Shown: positions 13,088 to 25,300, counted from the stretch's first letter. The stretch is DNA of 63,920 bases from Convolutriloba macropyga (GCF_964194025.1 NC_134477.1:59334001-59397920), one strand, 5' to 3'. A program made the numbers and translations. Notes: a model not told the origin generated them from the sequence alone.

Positions 13088-13295
13088 GTCTTGAGTTCAA
13101 GACCCAAAAAAAAAATGAAAATGACCTGTCTTAAGTTCAAGACCAAAAAAAAATTAAAATTAGTTGTCTTGAGTTCAAGACCAAAAAAAAAATTAAAATT
13201 AGTTGTCTTGAGTTCAAGACCAAAAAAAAAAATAAAAAAGAGGTGTCTTGAGGTCAAGACCATTAAAAATAAGGGAGAAGTCTTGAGATCAAGAC
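13088..13295. repeat. Array of six 16-bp palindromes GTCTTGA-NN-TCAAGAC separated by A-rich spacers
   Basis: Copies at 13088, 13128, 13166, 13205, 13245 and 13280 (period 35-40 bp). Confidence 0.92.
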
Positions 13296-13341
13296 TGAAA
13301 ATTTTGAGAAACTTTAGAATCAAAAATGGTTTCTATTAAAC

Positions 13342-14243
13342 ATAGCAGGCAGTGAGACCCCACAAATTGGTGAATATGTGTACTATAAGCCAGCGTTGTG
13401 GAAAGTTATTTCGGAGATTTCCCCGGGAGTGTACCGAGTGGAATCTTGTCTGTCACGGACTCGGAAGGTGTCTACACTAGAATTTCCGGCACCCGCCAAT
13501 ATTCGGTCCCGAGCTCTCTAGACTGAAGTGGAACTGCAAAACCAGTGCGCGCAGTTAGAGAAATTGAAGAGTACAAACTCTTTACTCCAAAAGGATCTTG
13601 TTGAGCTTCGACAAAAACTAGACAAACATTGCGACAAAGCCAAAGAGGGAACAAGAGAAGCATTGGGAAAACTGAGCGCCGAGTGTGAGGAGCTAAGAGA
13701 TAACCTAAAGGCGGCGGCAGCTAGAAATGCCGAACAAGAGCAGTCAATCGACTTACTTAAGCAGGAGTTGGCCGATCTAAAAGTCAATACTGATAGAAGA
13801 GCGAAGCCATGGAGAAAATGGAGAAAGAGAATGACCAATTGAGGTCAGAGCTTCAGCAGTTGGAAAACTATAATCAGTACTTGGCGAGCGATTGCCGAAG
13901 GAAAGACACTATAATTGATAGACAAAAGCATTTTTTGAAGAACGAGAAAGCCAAAACGAAGGCCACAGAAAAGTGTTTATTCGAGATTCGGAAAAAAAAT
14001 GTATTGAATCGGCCTGCGACATTGTACGAGATTTTGTTGGTAAAAAGTTCTGCTTCAAAAGATCAGATCAAAAAACGCTAGCACAAAATGAGCTTGTTGA
14101 CGCACCCTGATGCTGGTGGAGATGAGGAGTTTTTCAAGACCATTAATCGAGCGTACCAAATACTGATGAACGATGGGGCGCGAGAAGCGTACAACAATTT
14201 CGGATTGGACGAGGCAGAGAAAGTCATGAATGACGAAAACTGA
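13342..14243 (+). pseudogene. Accessory ORF: SH3/Tudor-like N-terminus, coiled coil, C-terminal DnaJ (J) domain; two stops and one frameshift
   Basis: Reconstructed: IGEYVYYKPALWKVISEISPGVYRVES; heptad-rich ELQNQCAQLEKLK...; YEILLVKSSASKDQIKKR*HKMSLLTHPDAGGDEEFFKTINRAYQILMNDGAREAYNNFG (HPD motif). Confidence 0.85.
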
Positions 14244-14371
14244 TACCTAAACTTTTTATATGAAAAGTACAAACTTTTTGTTTTTTAAAACGTTCAATTA
14301 TCAAGAGCTGTAAAATTTGTTTGATTTTATGTGAGTGAGTGGCACACTCTATTCTTATTGAGAGGGGGCAG

Positions 14372-14768
14372 TGTGAGTGTCACACGTATGTTAAAAAAAA
14401 GGATGTACTAAAAACCTTGGGTTTCAAAGTCAAAGATTTAGTTTAAATTTTAATTTATTACTTGATTAATGACTGACACAATCTTGACAGGTGTCGACAG
14501 ATTGAAATAGACAAAGCTCGGGCGTCGAGCAATACTAACAATTGTGATATATCAGTATTTACTTGGTTAATTTACCACGGTAATAGAACCGATATTGGGT
14601 ACGGACAAAACTGAGGATAAAATTCATTCATTGAACAATAAACCCACCTTCAGAGTTAAACACTCAATTAGATCTTCATTTATTTGAAACCATTCTCTTC
14701 TGCTTTTATCTTTTTATTAATTAAACTTCAATCTTTGTATTTTTAAACAAGTACCACGCTCAATTACA
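14372..14768 (+). repeat. Putative 3' LTR of the Gypsy-type element (right end approximate)
   Basis: Starts TGTGAG immediately after the purine tract; AATAAA at ~14637; candidate end ...caattaCA; no partner LTR in the window. Confidence 0.55.
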
Positions 14769-14782
14769 AAAGATAATACATA

Positions 14783-15349
14783 TTGCCCACGGGCGGCTGC
14801 TATACTGCTTTTAAAAACACTCGGAGGCTATCTTGCTTATCGACGCAAAGAACGATTTGTCTCAACCGTGCTATTGCCTTCCAAAACATAGAAAAAATAG
14901 ACCCTTCTCTCTGCCATTCCAAATGTAATTCATATCCTGAACGATCAAATTTGTTTATTAACAAACAAACAATATTCTCTCAGAAAGGTACAACCCAAGG
15001 CGACCCCCTTGAGATTTCGATGTATGGAATTGCCAGTATCCCCTTAATTGAACTTATTGGCGATTGCTTCATATTTCAAAAGTGGTATGCTGACGATGGC
15101 AACGTGGTGGGCTCTCTTGATAAAGTGAAGCTTTTTGACTCGTTGAAAAAACATGGTCATGCTTTCGGTTACCATCATACTAAATGCCACATAATTACCA
15201 AAGAACATCTTTTTGAAAACGCTTTTGATCACAACGAAGTTGAAATAGCTGACGGTTGTAAAGTTCTTGGTAGTTTAATTGGTTCTGATAATGCAGAAAT
15301 GAAATTTGTAGAAAGAAGACTAAAACGGCAGTTGTTGGAAAATGTCTAA
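14783..15349 (+). mobile_element. Non-LTR retrotransposon reverse transcriptase fragment (possibly CRE-like clade)
   Basis: GTTQGDPL and WYADDG RT motifs; 26-bp tandem duplication at its right end. Confidence 0.78.
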
Positions 15350-15599
15350 AACGGCAGCTGTTGGAAAATGTCACTTTTTCTACTAGCGAAGTGCCCGCAA
15401 AAGCACCCGAAGTGCTCAAGAAATCACCCAAATTCCTATCCTATGGCACAGCATGAAGTGGAAGTTAGACGACCTGGACGTTTGGAAAATGTCTCGACGC
15501 CTGGACCTGGTATTTAGATGATTAAGTTGGATTTTAATATGCAAGGAGTGAAGTTTATGATAATTGCGCACATTCTGTTGTATCATAATCACATGTTCC

Positions 15600-16545
15600 C
15601 TGTAATTAGTAGTTTTATTGTATGAATACAAATTTACATAGTTAAATTAATTAACCAATAAATGTAATTTTATTTGTTTTACAAATCATCAATCCAAAAT
15701 AAGTCAATTCTTCGCCACAATAGATTATTTTTCATTCCAATACACATGGTTGTTTTAACGGCGAAGACCGAAACTTGGAAAAAGTATCCTGGTTGAATAG
15801 ATCATCTACTAGTTGCTTAAGCCATCAAAATTAAAATGGGAAAATCTTGCAAAAATAGAAATTAATGACCATGATCCGAAAATCCGTGCATTGTAAAGGT
15901 GCATAGATCGGTATTGGTTAGATTCATAGAAGTTTATTTTAGTTCGGGTGATTATAAATTCTTGACCTGATAAATGTGTTCATTTGTTGGACGGTAAAAT
16001 TTCGGCAGGAATAGTTCGAATTTGTTTTAGATGCCAGCGAAAGCTAGTGACGCCGTTTTGAATCTTCCAACATAATATGGATTTGTAGGCCTAGTTGTAT
16101 CTTTGAGAGAGTTAAGTTTCGCTCGTTTAGGTTTCCTTTTCGGCTTCGGACCTCCGAAGTAAATGGGCAGCAACCTCTGTAGCAACTCATAGGTCAACAA
16201 TGTAACATCTAATTGGGGCGCAGATCGGGATATCCGCTGGTGGGTCCCGACCCAAAATACGCGTCCACGTTCCTCTCGAAGTAGCCTTTGGGCACAATCT
16301 ATCACGCCAGTGAATACTTGTTGACCTTCTCTGGCTTCACTTGCAGTCTGGTTTTGATGACATCCACCGGGGTTGTTAGGGATGGTGCTGGCACACCCGC
16401 TAGCACACCTGCAAGAAACAGGTATGAAAGAGGCAAGAAATCCTTTTCATCTGTGAATGCCAGTTTCAAACTTGCCTAGAATGGGAAATAGATAGCTGAA
16501 GAGAAAATATCACGCAGGAAAGAAGCTCCTCTATCCTTTATAGCG
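15600..16545 (-). pseudogene. Older diverged aralar pseudogene fragment (3' CDS plus 3' UTR)
   Basis: Colinear with ~4310-5262 including the 3' UTR; premature stops (~16027, ~16477) and a frameshift near 16335. Confidence 0.9.
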
Positions 16546-17063
16546 TTCAGGTTATGAAATTCTTACTCCTAATAAAGGTCAGTATTCAGCAGAGTAAAAG
16601 AATTAAGAAATTTGATTCAAGTCAGATTTAATAAAAAACTTTCCATTTCTCGCAGAATTGTTTTTGGAAAAGTACATCAGACTGCTTGGGATTGCTCGAA
16701 CTTGGATTACTACCAAACTGACTCCAAAATTNNNNNNNNNNNNNNNNNNNNNNNNNNNNNNNNNNNNNNNNNNNNNNNNNNNNNNNNNNNNNNNNNNNNN
16801 NNNNNNNNNNNNNNNNNNNNNNNNNNNNNNNNNNNNNNNNNNNNNNNNNNNNNNNNNNNNNNNNNNNNNNNNNNNNNNNNNNNNNNNNNNNNNNNNNNNN
16901 NNNNNNNNNNNNNNNNNNNNNNNNNNNNNNNNNNNNNNNNNNNNNNNNNNNNNNNNNNNNNNNNNNNNNNNNNNNNNNNNNNNNNNNNNNNNNNNNNNNN
17001 NNNNNNNNNNNNNNNNNNNNNNNNNNNNNNNNNNNNNNNNNNNNNNNNNNNNNNNNNNNNNNN

Positions 17064-19880
17064 TTTCTTACTTTTTTTTCGTCTATTTTTGCAATCTTTT
17101 TTGATCAATTTTGACATTTGTTGGGGCTATTTTTGGCGTTTTTTCTATCATTTTGACGTTTTTTGGCTATTTGCTATTTTTGACGTTTTTTCAATCATTT
17201 TTGAGGTTCTTTTTGGCTAATTTTGACAATTTTCTTTGGCTGCTTTTGACACTTTTTCGGCTATTTGTGATGTTTTTTGGCTATTTTTGAGGTTTTATGC
17301 CTGCCAAGACTTGGATTAAGACTTGGCAAGTATTGGCTGAGACTCAGATTATGACTTGGCAAGTCTTGGCCGAGACTTGGTTTATAATTTGGCAAGTCCT
17401 GGTCAGGACTTGGATTAGGACTTGGCGAGTCTTGGCCAAGACTTGAATTAACACTTGGCAAATCTTGGCCAAGATTTTGATAAACACTTGGCGAGTCCTG
17501 GCCAAGACTTGGGTAGCACTTGCAAGTTGATTCCAAGGTCAAAGCCAACTTTTCGAAAAATTTCGAGTAAAAATCTTGAGTTCAAAAAAAAATTCACAAC
17601 GTGCAACGGTTTTTACAATAATTTTAGACACTTTCTGGAATCTGATGCAGACTGATGCTAACTTATTCCAACTGATGTACATTGATGCCAGCGGACCCCG
17701 GAAGGTCAAATTCGGCTGTTTTCAGGTGTTTCTGGGCCGTTTTCAGCAATTTTTCAGCCGTTTCAGTCTCTAAAATACGCGAAATCCCCAGATTTCTGTA
17801 CTTTTCAGATAAAAACAAATGTCGAACTTGAACCAAGGTAAAATTGTAACAAGGGGTGCGAATGTGATGGTCCCCATGATAGCACGAGGTTTTACACACG
17901 TTGCTTTATTTTTGACGTTTTTTTCGACAATTTTTGACTGTTTTTCCAAATATTTTTGGACGATTTCCCGACTATTTTTTACATATTTTTAGGCTATTTT
18001 TGACATTTTTCCGATCATTTCTGACTGTTTTTGGGCTATTTTTGATGGTTTTTCGGCTATTTTTGCATGTTTTTTCGATCATTTTTGACGTATCTTTCGG
18101 CTGTTTTTGACGGTTTTTTGGGCTATTTTTGGCGTTTTTTCTATCATTTTTGACGTTTTTTGGCTATTTTTGACGTTTTTTCAATCATTTTTGAGGTTCT
18201 TTTTGGCTATTTTTGACGATTTTCTTTGGCTGCTTTTGACACTTTTTCGGCTATTTGTGATTTTTTTTTGGCTATTTTTGAGGTTTTTTTGCCTGTCAAG
18301 ACTTGGATTAAGACTTGGCAAGTATTGGCTGAGACTCGGATTATGACTTGGCAAGTCTGGGCCGAAACTTGGTATATAATTTGGCAAGTCTTGGTCAGGA
18401 GTTGAATTAGGACTTGGCGAGTCTTGGCCAAGACTTGAATTAAGACTTGGCAAATCTTGGCCAAGATTTTGATAAACACTTGGCGAGTCCTGGACAAGAC
18501 TTGGGTAGCACTTGCAAGTTGATTCCAAGGTCAAAACCAACTTTTCAATAAATTTCGAGTAAAAATTTTGAATTCAAAAAAAATTTCGCAACGTGCAACG
18601 ATTTTTACATTGATTTTAGACACTTTCTAGGGGGCCCCTGGAATCTGATGCAGACTGATGCCAACTTATTCCAACTGACGTCCATTGATGCCAGCGGACC
18701 CCGGAAGGTCAAATTCGGCCGTTTTCAGGGGTTTCTGGGTCGTTTTCAGCAATTTTTCAGCCGTTTCAGTCTCTAAAATACGCGAAATCGCCAGATTTCT
18801 GTACTTTTCAGATAAAAACAAATGTCGAACTTGAACCAAGGTAAAATTGTAACAAGGGGTGCTAATGTGAGGGTCCCCATGATAGCACGAGGTTCTACAC
18901 ACGTTGCTTTATTTTTGACGTTTTTTTCGACAATTTTTGACTATTTTCCAAATATTTTTGGACGATTTCCCGACTATTTTTGACATATTTTTAGGCTATT
19001 TTTGACATTTTTCCGATCATTTCTGACTGTTTTTGGCTACTTTTGATGGTTTCTTCGGCTATTTTTGCATGTTTTTTCGATCATTTTTGACGTATCTTTC
19101 GGCTGCTTTTGACGGTTTTTATGGCTATTTTTGCAAGTTTTTTTTATCATTTTTGACATTTTTTGGGTCTATTTTTCACGTTTTCCCGATCATTTGTTAC
19201 GTTTTTCGGCTATTTTTGAAGGTTTTTTTTGGCTTTTTTTAGACTTTTTTTCGATCATTTTTGACGTATTTTTTTTGGCTATTTTTGACGCTTTTTCTGG
19301 CTATTTTTGCACGTCTTTTCGATCATTTTTGACGATTTTTGGCTATTTTGTCGTTTTTTTCGGTTATTTTTGACGTTTTTTCAATCATATTTGACGTTCT
19401 TTTTGGCTATTTTCGACGATTTTTTTTGCTGCTATTGACATTTTTTTGGCTTTTTGTGACGTTTTTTTCGGCTATTTTTGACGGTTTTTTTTTCCTGCCA
19501 AGACCTGGATTAAGACTTGGCAAGTAATGGCTGAGACTTGGAATAAGACTTGGCAAGTATTGGCTGAGACTTGGATTAAGACTTGGCAAGTGTTGGCTGA
19601 GACTTGGATTAAGACTTGGCAAGTATTGGCTGAGACTTGGATTAAGACTTGGCAAGTGTTGGCTGAGACTTGGATTAAGACTTGGCAAGTATTGGCTGAG
19701 ACTTGGATTAAGACTTGGCAAGTATTGGCTGAGACTTGGATTAAGACTTGGCAAGTATTGGCTGAGACTTGGATTAAGACTTGGCAAGTATTGGCTGAGA
19801 CTTGGATTAAGACTTGGCAAGTGTTGGCTGAGACTTGGATTAAGACTTGGCAAGTCTTGGCCAAGTCTGACAAGTCTTAA
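17064..19880. repeat. Composite satellite: T-rich ~20-bp units, GACTTGG-based units, ~1-kb higher-order duplication
   Basis: ttttggctatttttgacg repeats; ~17120-18100 duplicated at ~18115-19130; next to an assembly gap. Confidence 0.9.
19500..19866. repeat. 33-bp minisatellite, about 11 copies
   Basis: (agacttggcaagtattggctgagacttggatta)n. Confidence 0.95.
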
Positions 19881-20300
19881 ATGTGTTATCATCATATCTC
19901 TGAATCAGTACTGATACCTAGACTTGGAATAAGTGCTGATTCCCAGTCACTTGATTCCAAGTCACTAGTGGGTGACTCAGAGTGGCTATCACAAATTTTT
20001 AACTTGACGTTAACCTGGACTTTTTTAAGCGAGCATCTCGACTTTTTCTCGACAAAAATCGAATGCTCTAATTTGGTTCTGGTATATAATTTTGTGTCAC
20101 AGTTTCTCTAGACGCAGAATTTCATAGTCACCTAACCAAGCTTAAAACACGAAACGCGCACGTTTTAAAATGACGAAAGTTAACGGAAGTCAACTTGTGG
20201 CTAAGTAGCAACTTCTGGCATTTTGACTTTTGGCACTGCAGACTTTCGGCATTTTAAAATGTGCACGTGAGTGTTTTAATGTTCACTTCTTTTAATTTAG

Positions 20301-21515
20301 GCAAGACTTCATTAAACTAGACACAGCCAAACCTCCAGTCCATCGCCCAATTGAGTCCCTGGAGTTCGGTCCAGAACCGCCCGGAACCCAGCGAGTGTCC
20401 ACTTACAAAGACCAGTACCCTCAGTTCTTAGCATACCAGAAGAGACAGGCTATTCCTACTAAGGGCAGTCACTGGATTAACAAACCCACTAATTTGTTAT
20501 CGGAGAGAACTACTAGTTATGAGCGTAAGTTTTCTGAGATCCCCCCCCCCCCCAGCACCAGCCCCGTCCTCCCCTACTCTCGGCCCTCGGCTCTACCATG
20601 CAACTTTTAAACTTTTTACAGCATATTTTGCACGTCTTGATATCAACTGGGTTATAAAAAATCGGCTAAATTTTTATAGGAGAAGACTAAATGGTTATGA
20701 ACGCCCCCCCCCCCCCCCCCCCCCACCACCATCACCTCTCCCGTCTTCCATCCTCTCGGACCCCTCTCGGTTGGGGTTATTTGGTAAAATTTGAATTTCC
20801 TAACAACCTTAAAAAAATGATCGCGATAACAGCCAAAACTATGTTTTGAAAACCAAAGTTTAATTTTGATAAGAGTACAATTTGACGTTCATGAGACAAA
20901 TTTAGTATTTTGGAGTTGAGTATAGTTTGAAAGTAGGTCTGGAATTGTTCATTAGGTGACTTTAACCCACATTTTGGGGACTCACGACGAACCCTTATGC
21001 GAAACGATTTTCCCTACCAAGACCCCGATGTGAAATTTGCCCAGGAAACGACTACAAAAACCGACTTTCAATGGAATTCCGACTCGTACGAAGCGCCTCT
21101 GAAATCGGCTCGGCCGCAATACGTTGCAACAATTCCAGCTCCATTCGACAGCCAATCACATAACAGATTGACTTATGTTCCTCACGAATTACGTCATTAC
21201 GAGGCGGCATTCGACGACTTATGTAATCCTCAAGTCGTGAAATTCGATGACGCAACTACGTCTCGTTCTCGAATTGGAACGCGACACGAAGGCGTAGGAA
21301 TTGAACACATTTCCAAAAAAGGAAAAGGGCCTGCTTCGCCGAGAGTTCCGAGTGAGGTCGAAGCTCTTATTACGTCACGAACTGTCGGAAATTTAGAGTC
21401 GGCTGACGCGATTAGCAGTCGGCTTGAAGTCTTGAAGCAGAAAACTTCGGGAGGTCCAAATCCACCGAATTTTTCCACGACTTACAGGAGAGCATATATT
21501 CCTTCCAAAAAGTGA
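20301..21515 (+). CDS. Last two exons (20301-20524, 20956-21515) of a SAXO/FAM154-like Mn-motif microtubule inner protein
   Basis: AG/GTAAGT splice sites with matching phase; repeated motifs STYKDQY, TSYERDF (across the splice), TTTKTDF, FDSQSHNRLTY, FSTTYRRAY; upstream exons not located. Confidence 0.68.
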
Positions 21516-21745
21516 AAAACTTGCATCACGTGAAGAATCACGTGAAGGTCAAACTTTATTTCAAACATAATTAAAACGATTGCGGATAAGTGCCTTCAAT
21601 TAATGGTTACTAATTAATATATTACTAAATAATTAACAAAAATAACAGATCTACAAAATCTTCCAAAAAAATCGGTCTGTTTACTATGATTATGGATGTT
21701 AGTAATGTTAAAAGGTGATTTATAGTTATTTAGCATGTTAGAAAG

Positions 21746-22056
21746 GTTTTTTTCACCCCGATTCATTTAAACCCTCTATAATTTCACCCCTCTATCATTT
21801 GCAGTCGGGCATGTTTTGCAATAACTAAGCGGATATGTTGATCCCATGTCCCATTATGATATTTTCATATTAAGTCCCGCGGGCCGCTAAGGCATGGCCA
21901 AGTGATTATAATTTATTTTAGTAATTATTTTACTAATTTAATAGTCCCAATTTTATAAAAGAATTTTATGAAAGATCCCAATTTTTAATCGATTAGTCCC
22001 AATTTTATATGAAATCGGGGTGAAAAGATAGAGGGGTGAATAAAAGCGGGACACCG
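21746..22056. mobile_element. MITE-like inverted-repeat element
   Basis: ttttcaccccgatt/ttcacccctcta at left versus aaatcggggtgaaaa/tagaggggtgaa at right. Confidence 0.6.
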
Positions 22057-22345
22057 TTAGAAATACAAAAATGCTTGAGTGAAGCAAAATTTTTGATGTC
22101 TCAGGCTGGAAGTTTTCTAAAATTTATGCAATAAATGCGCTATAAATGCGGTGAAAAATGAAAATTTCGGAGAATTCTCAAAATTTCAGCGGATTTCAGC
22201 GCATTGACGACAATTCTACATAATTTCAGTCCATATCTTACAAAAAAAATGCGCTGAAACGGCGCCGACATCTCGACCCGGGTGACTTAAACTTTATTTT
22301 TAAACATAAGCTTTGAGTTTTTGTGCTCACTAAAGTTAAATTTGA

Positions 22346-25300
22346 TCACAATTTAACATCGACCAATTCGTCTAAAGATTTGATCTGCTGGTCGAAAGCC
22401 GCTCGCATTTTGAGCACCTCACAGAACATCTTTTTCGCATTGTGATTGTCAATTTTGAGTTTGTTGAAATCGGATTCCTTGAGCGAGTTGATCTTCTCGT
22501 AAGTGTAGCCTCTTGTTATCATTGTGGGGTAGAGTTCGCCTAAAATGGAATCTTTCATTTATTTGAGAGAGCCTCTCCCTCTGAACTGAGAGCCTCCCAA
22601 TTACCTGTCGGCGCTCAGCTGTAATGCCGATCTCTTATTTCGTGTTTTCCTACTTTTAACTCTGTGAATCGAGTTTATGAAAATTTAAAGGGGTCATAAC
22701 TATATAGGTTATAAACCAAAGTCCACAATCTGAAAAATTTGAATTTGAGCACATGAAAGTATGGTCAGGCGCTTTTTTTCACACGCACAAAAAATACGCT
22801 TCTAAGTTAAGTTCTAAATTCTAAATTACGCGAAAAACCGAAATGTGAACGTGGACGATTTCAGGTTGAAAGGATGCCTGGGTCGAGCTGGACAGGCCGA
22901 AGTGACCTCTGATAAGACGATCTTCGAGCGCACACATGTTCCCGGTGCGCTCGAATTACATGGTCTGGAAAAAGCTTCGAGCGCACTTTAGTCTGGACAA
23001 TGGTCTGGAACTTGTCTGATCGGAGGTCACTTCGGTCTGGGACGGTCTGATCAGAGGCAATTTTGAGCGCGACATAAACCTGGGTGTGCACATAACAATT
23101 TCTCTCTGGTACCCCGGATTTGAGTGTCAAAATAGTTCGGCGCTTGTGAAGACGATATCATTAATAAGCACGGCTGAATTATATTAAATTCAAATTAAGT
23201 TTTAAGTTCCCGAATGCCCAGAGCGGGAACAGACTGGCCTATATCTGGCTTATATCTGGCCAGCATCTATGCCCTGTATCTGGACAAACAATTGAGATTT
23301 TACTGGCTGCACAAGTTCTCGCGTCAAAACAATGACATGAACGGAAAAAGTGACTCAATTATGAAAATAAGGAAAATATTAAAAGGTAGATACAAACATA
23401 TAGGAAAACCCTGCAGAAAATGAAAGATTTCCTGAAATCTCAAAAAGAGGTCAAGGGAAATATGTCCAAGATTGACAGATTACGAGAAAAAATTGTTGAT
23501 ATCAGCGACGTTCTGAGTTAAAAATTCACAAAAAAATTCTAGAAAAAATGGCCAAAAACAAATGAACCAATTTTAGGGTTCCTGTAACCGCGTTAAAACT
23601 GTTCTATTCAATTTCGAGTTCTTTTATAATATTATAAAAATTTTAAGGTCATTTTAGAGGTGTCACCCAATGAGAGGGGACCTTCGTTTTTGTAAGTATT
23701 GTCTCACCCAACGAGCAGGGAGATCGTAAATAGTTTAATGAAGATTGAAAAGAGAAGAATTTTTAAATTTAAGGAGAACAAGACTGATGGTATTAAAAAG
23801 TGCAAATAGAAAAAAAAATATACACATTTATGAATGAGAAACTGAGAAAGTGACACCAAACATAGTATAAAATGAAATGTTCACTTTTTATCAAAAAATT
23901 AAACCCACAGTTTTAGCTCAGGAAGCTAAGAACACTGGAAAACTTTCGAAAATACTTTATCTTCCTGTGGTTGCAATTCTTTTAAACAAAGCAAAAATTG
24001 AAAGCACAAAATTGTCATCAAAATTAAAACAAGTAGGAAGTGGACTGGGTAGTTCTTATCTTGTGAGCTTTGTATTTCAACACGCATATGTGAATCTGAA
24101 TACGCATTGCAAAGGGGCGATTTGATTTTGCAAGCAATTTTGAAGGCACCTTTAAACAGAACTTAATTAGGAAGTGCACGTTAAAACAAAATTTACACGT
24201 TTGAATACAACTTCATTTCAATATATTCGATTACTAATGAAGTTCTGCTTCAACGCTTTTTTCGCTTATGTATAGCTTTTTGAATCCAAACGGAAACAAA
24301 CTTGTCGTTGTGAAAGTTACAATTCTTGTGACTTTGTTAGGGCACGCGGTAATTCTTGGTTTCAATTTTGTTGAGACCTTGAAAGTTCTTTTGACCTTGA
24401 ACACTTCCCGGCCTCCTTGAACTCGTTCAATTGTGACATCTGTGGGCTTCCTTTGTTATTATCTTGCAAGTACAGTTGAGGGTACAAAGAAGATGATTTT
24501 GTTGAAACTGACAACTTGGTTTTTGTGAAAATTGTCAGAAATGATATCAATTTCATATAAAACTGATTCGGTACATATTTTCGATGGTGTGATCAAACGA
24601 ATTGGGAATCCTTGGGTGTTTCTCAAAGTTTAATCATTTAATTTGCTCCACGATCTTCTGATTCTTCTCGATGAAGGGGTATGAGGCGACTGACTGGTCT
24701 GATGTAAACTCCAGTTTGTGTTTTCACCTGAACAACACGAACAATGTTGTCATTACCGTCGAATGTCTGTATTATAGAAGCAAGCGGCCAGCACATTGGG
24801 GGAGTGTTGTCTTCTTTGATGATCACAATATTGTCCACTGTTTGTTGTACGTTTTCTGTCCTCCATTTGTTCAGCTGCTGCAATGAAGAAAAGTGTTCGA
24901 CACTCCATTTCTTCCAGAACTGACGAATCATTTTTTCTATGTTTCTCCAATGTCGTGACAAGGTGTTCTTCCTTGGTGAAGATGGCTGGGGTGTAGCTGT
25001 GATATGTCTTCCGATGATGAAATGTCCAGGAGTTAAAGCTAGGGGTTTGATGTCGGTTGATGGCGCTGTTAGAGGGCGAGAATTGAGGATGGCCTCAATT
25101 TGTGTCAGGAGAGTTGCGAAATCACTGGTTGATAACTTAGTCGATCCAACCTTTCTGTAAAGCTGGAGCTTCATAGATTTAACAGCAGCTTCCCACAGTC
25201 CTCCAAAATGTGGCGTCCTGGGAGGTATTGTAAACCAATCAATGTGATTTTGGCTCAGAAAATTGTTAATGAGATCCCTGAACTCTTCATCTCGAAGAAG

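Larger units (their letters stand above)
9488..14768 (+). mobile_element. 5'-truncated Ty3/Gypsy-type LTR retrotransposon / ERV-like element with env-like and J-domain ORFs
   Basis: Order: integrase, glycoprotein-like ORF, palindrome array, accessory ORF, PPT (gagagggggc at 14360), then TG-starting LTR-like segment. Confidence 0.85.

Noticed and set aside
13088-13295. CRISPR array interpretation of the palindromic repeats
   Set aside because: Eukaryotic context, spacers are similar A-tracts rather than unique sequences, and no cas genes are present
16732-17063. ORFs containing X runs (also ~39.4, ~43.7 and ~44.2 kb)
   Set aside because: Artefacts of N-gaps
17261-19895. ORFs with repeated SLNPSLSQYLP / TWQVLAETWIK peptides
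   Set aside because: Translations of a stop-free 33-bp minisatellite, open in several frames
22346-22558. Stand-alone 70-aa gene (and 73-aa ORF at 31517-31738)
   Set aside because: Better explained as two exons that splice in phase to form one SAM domain
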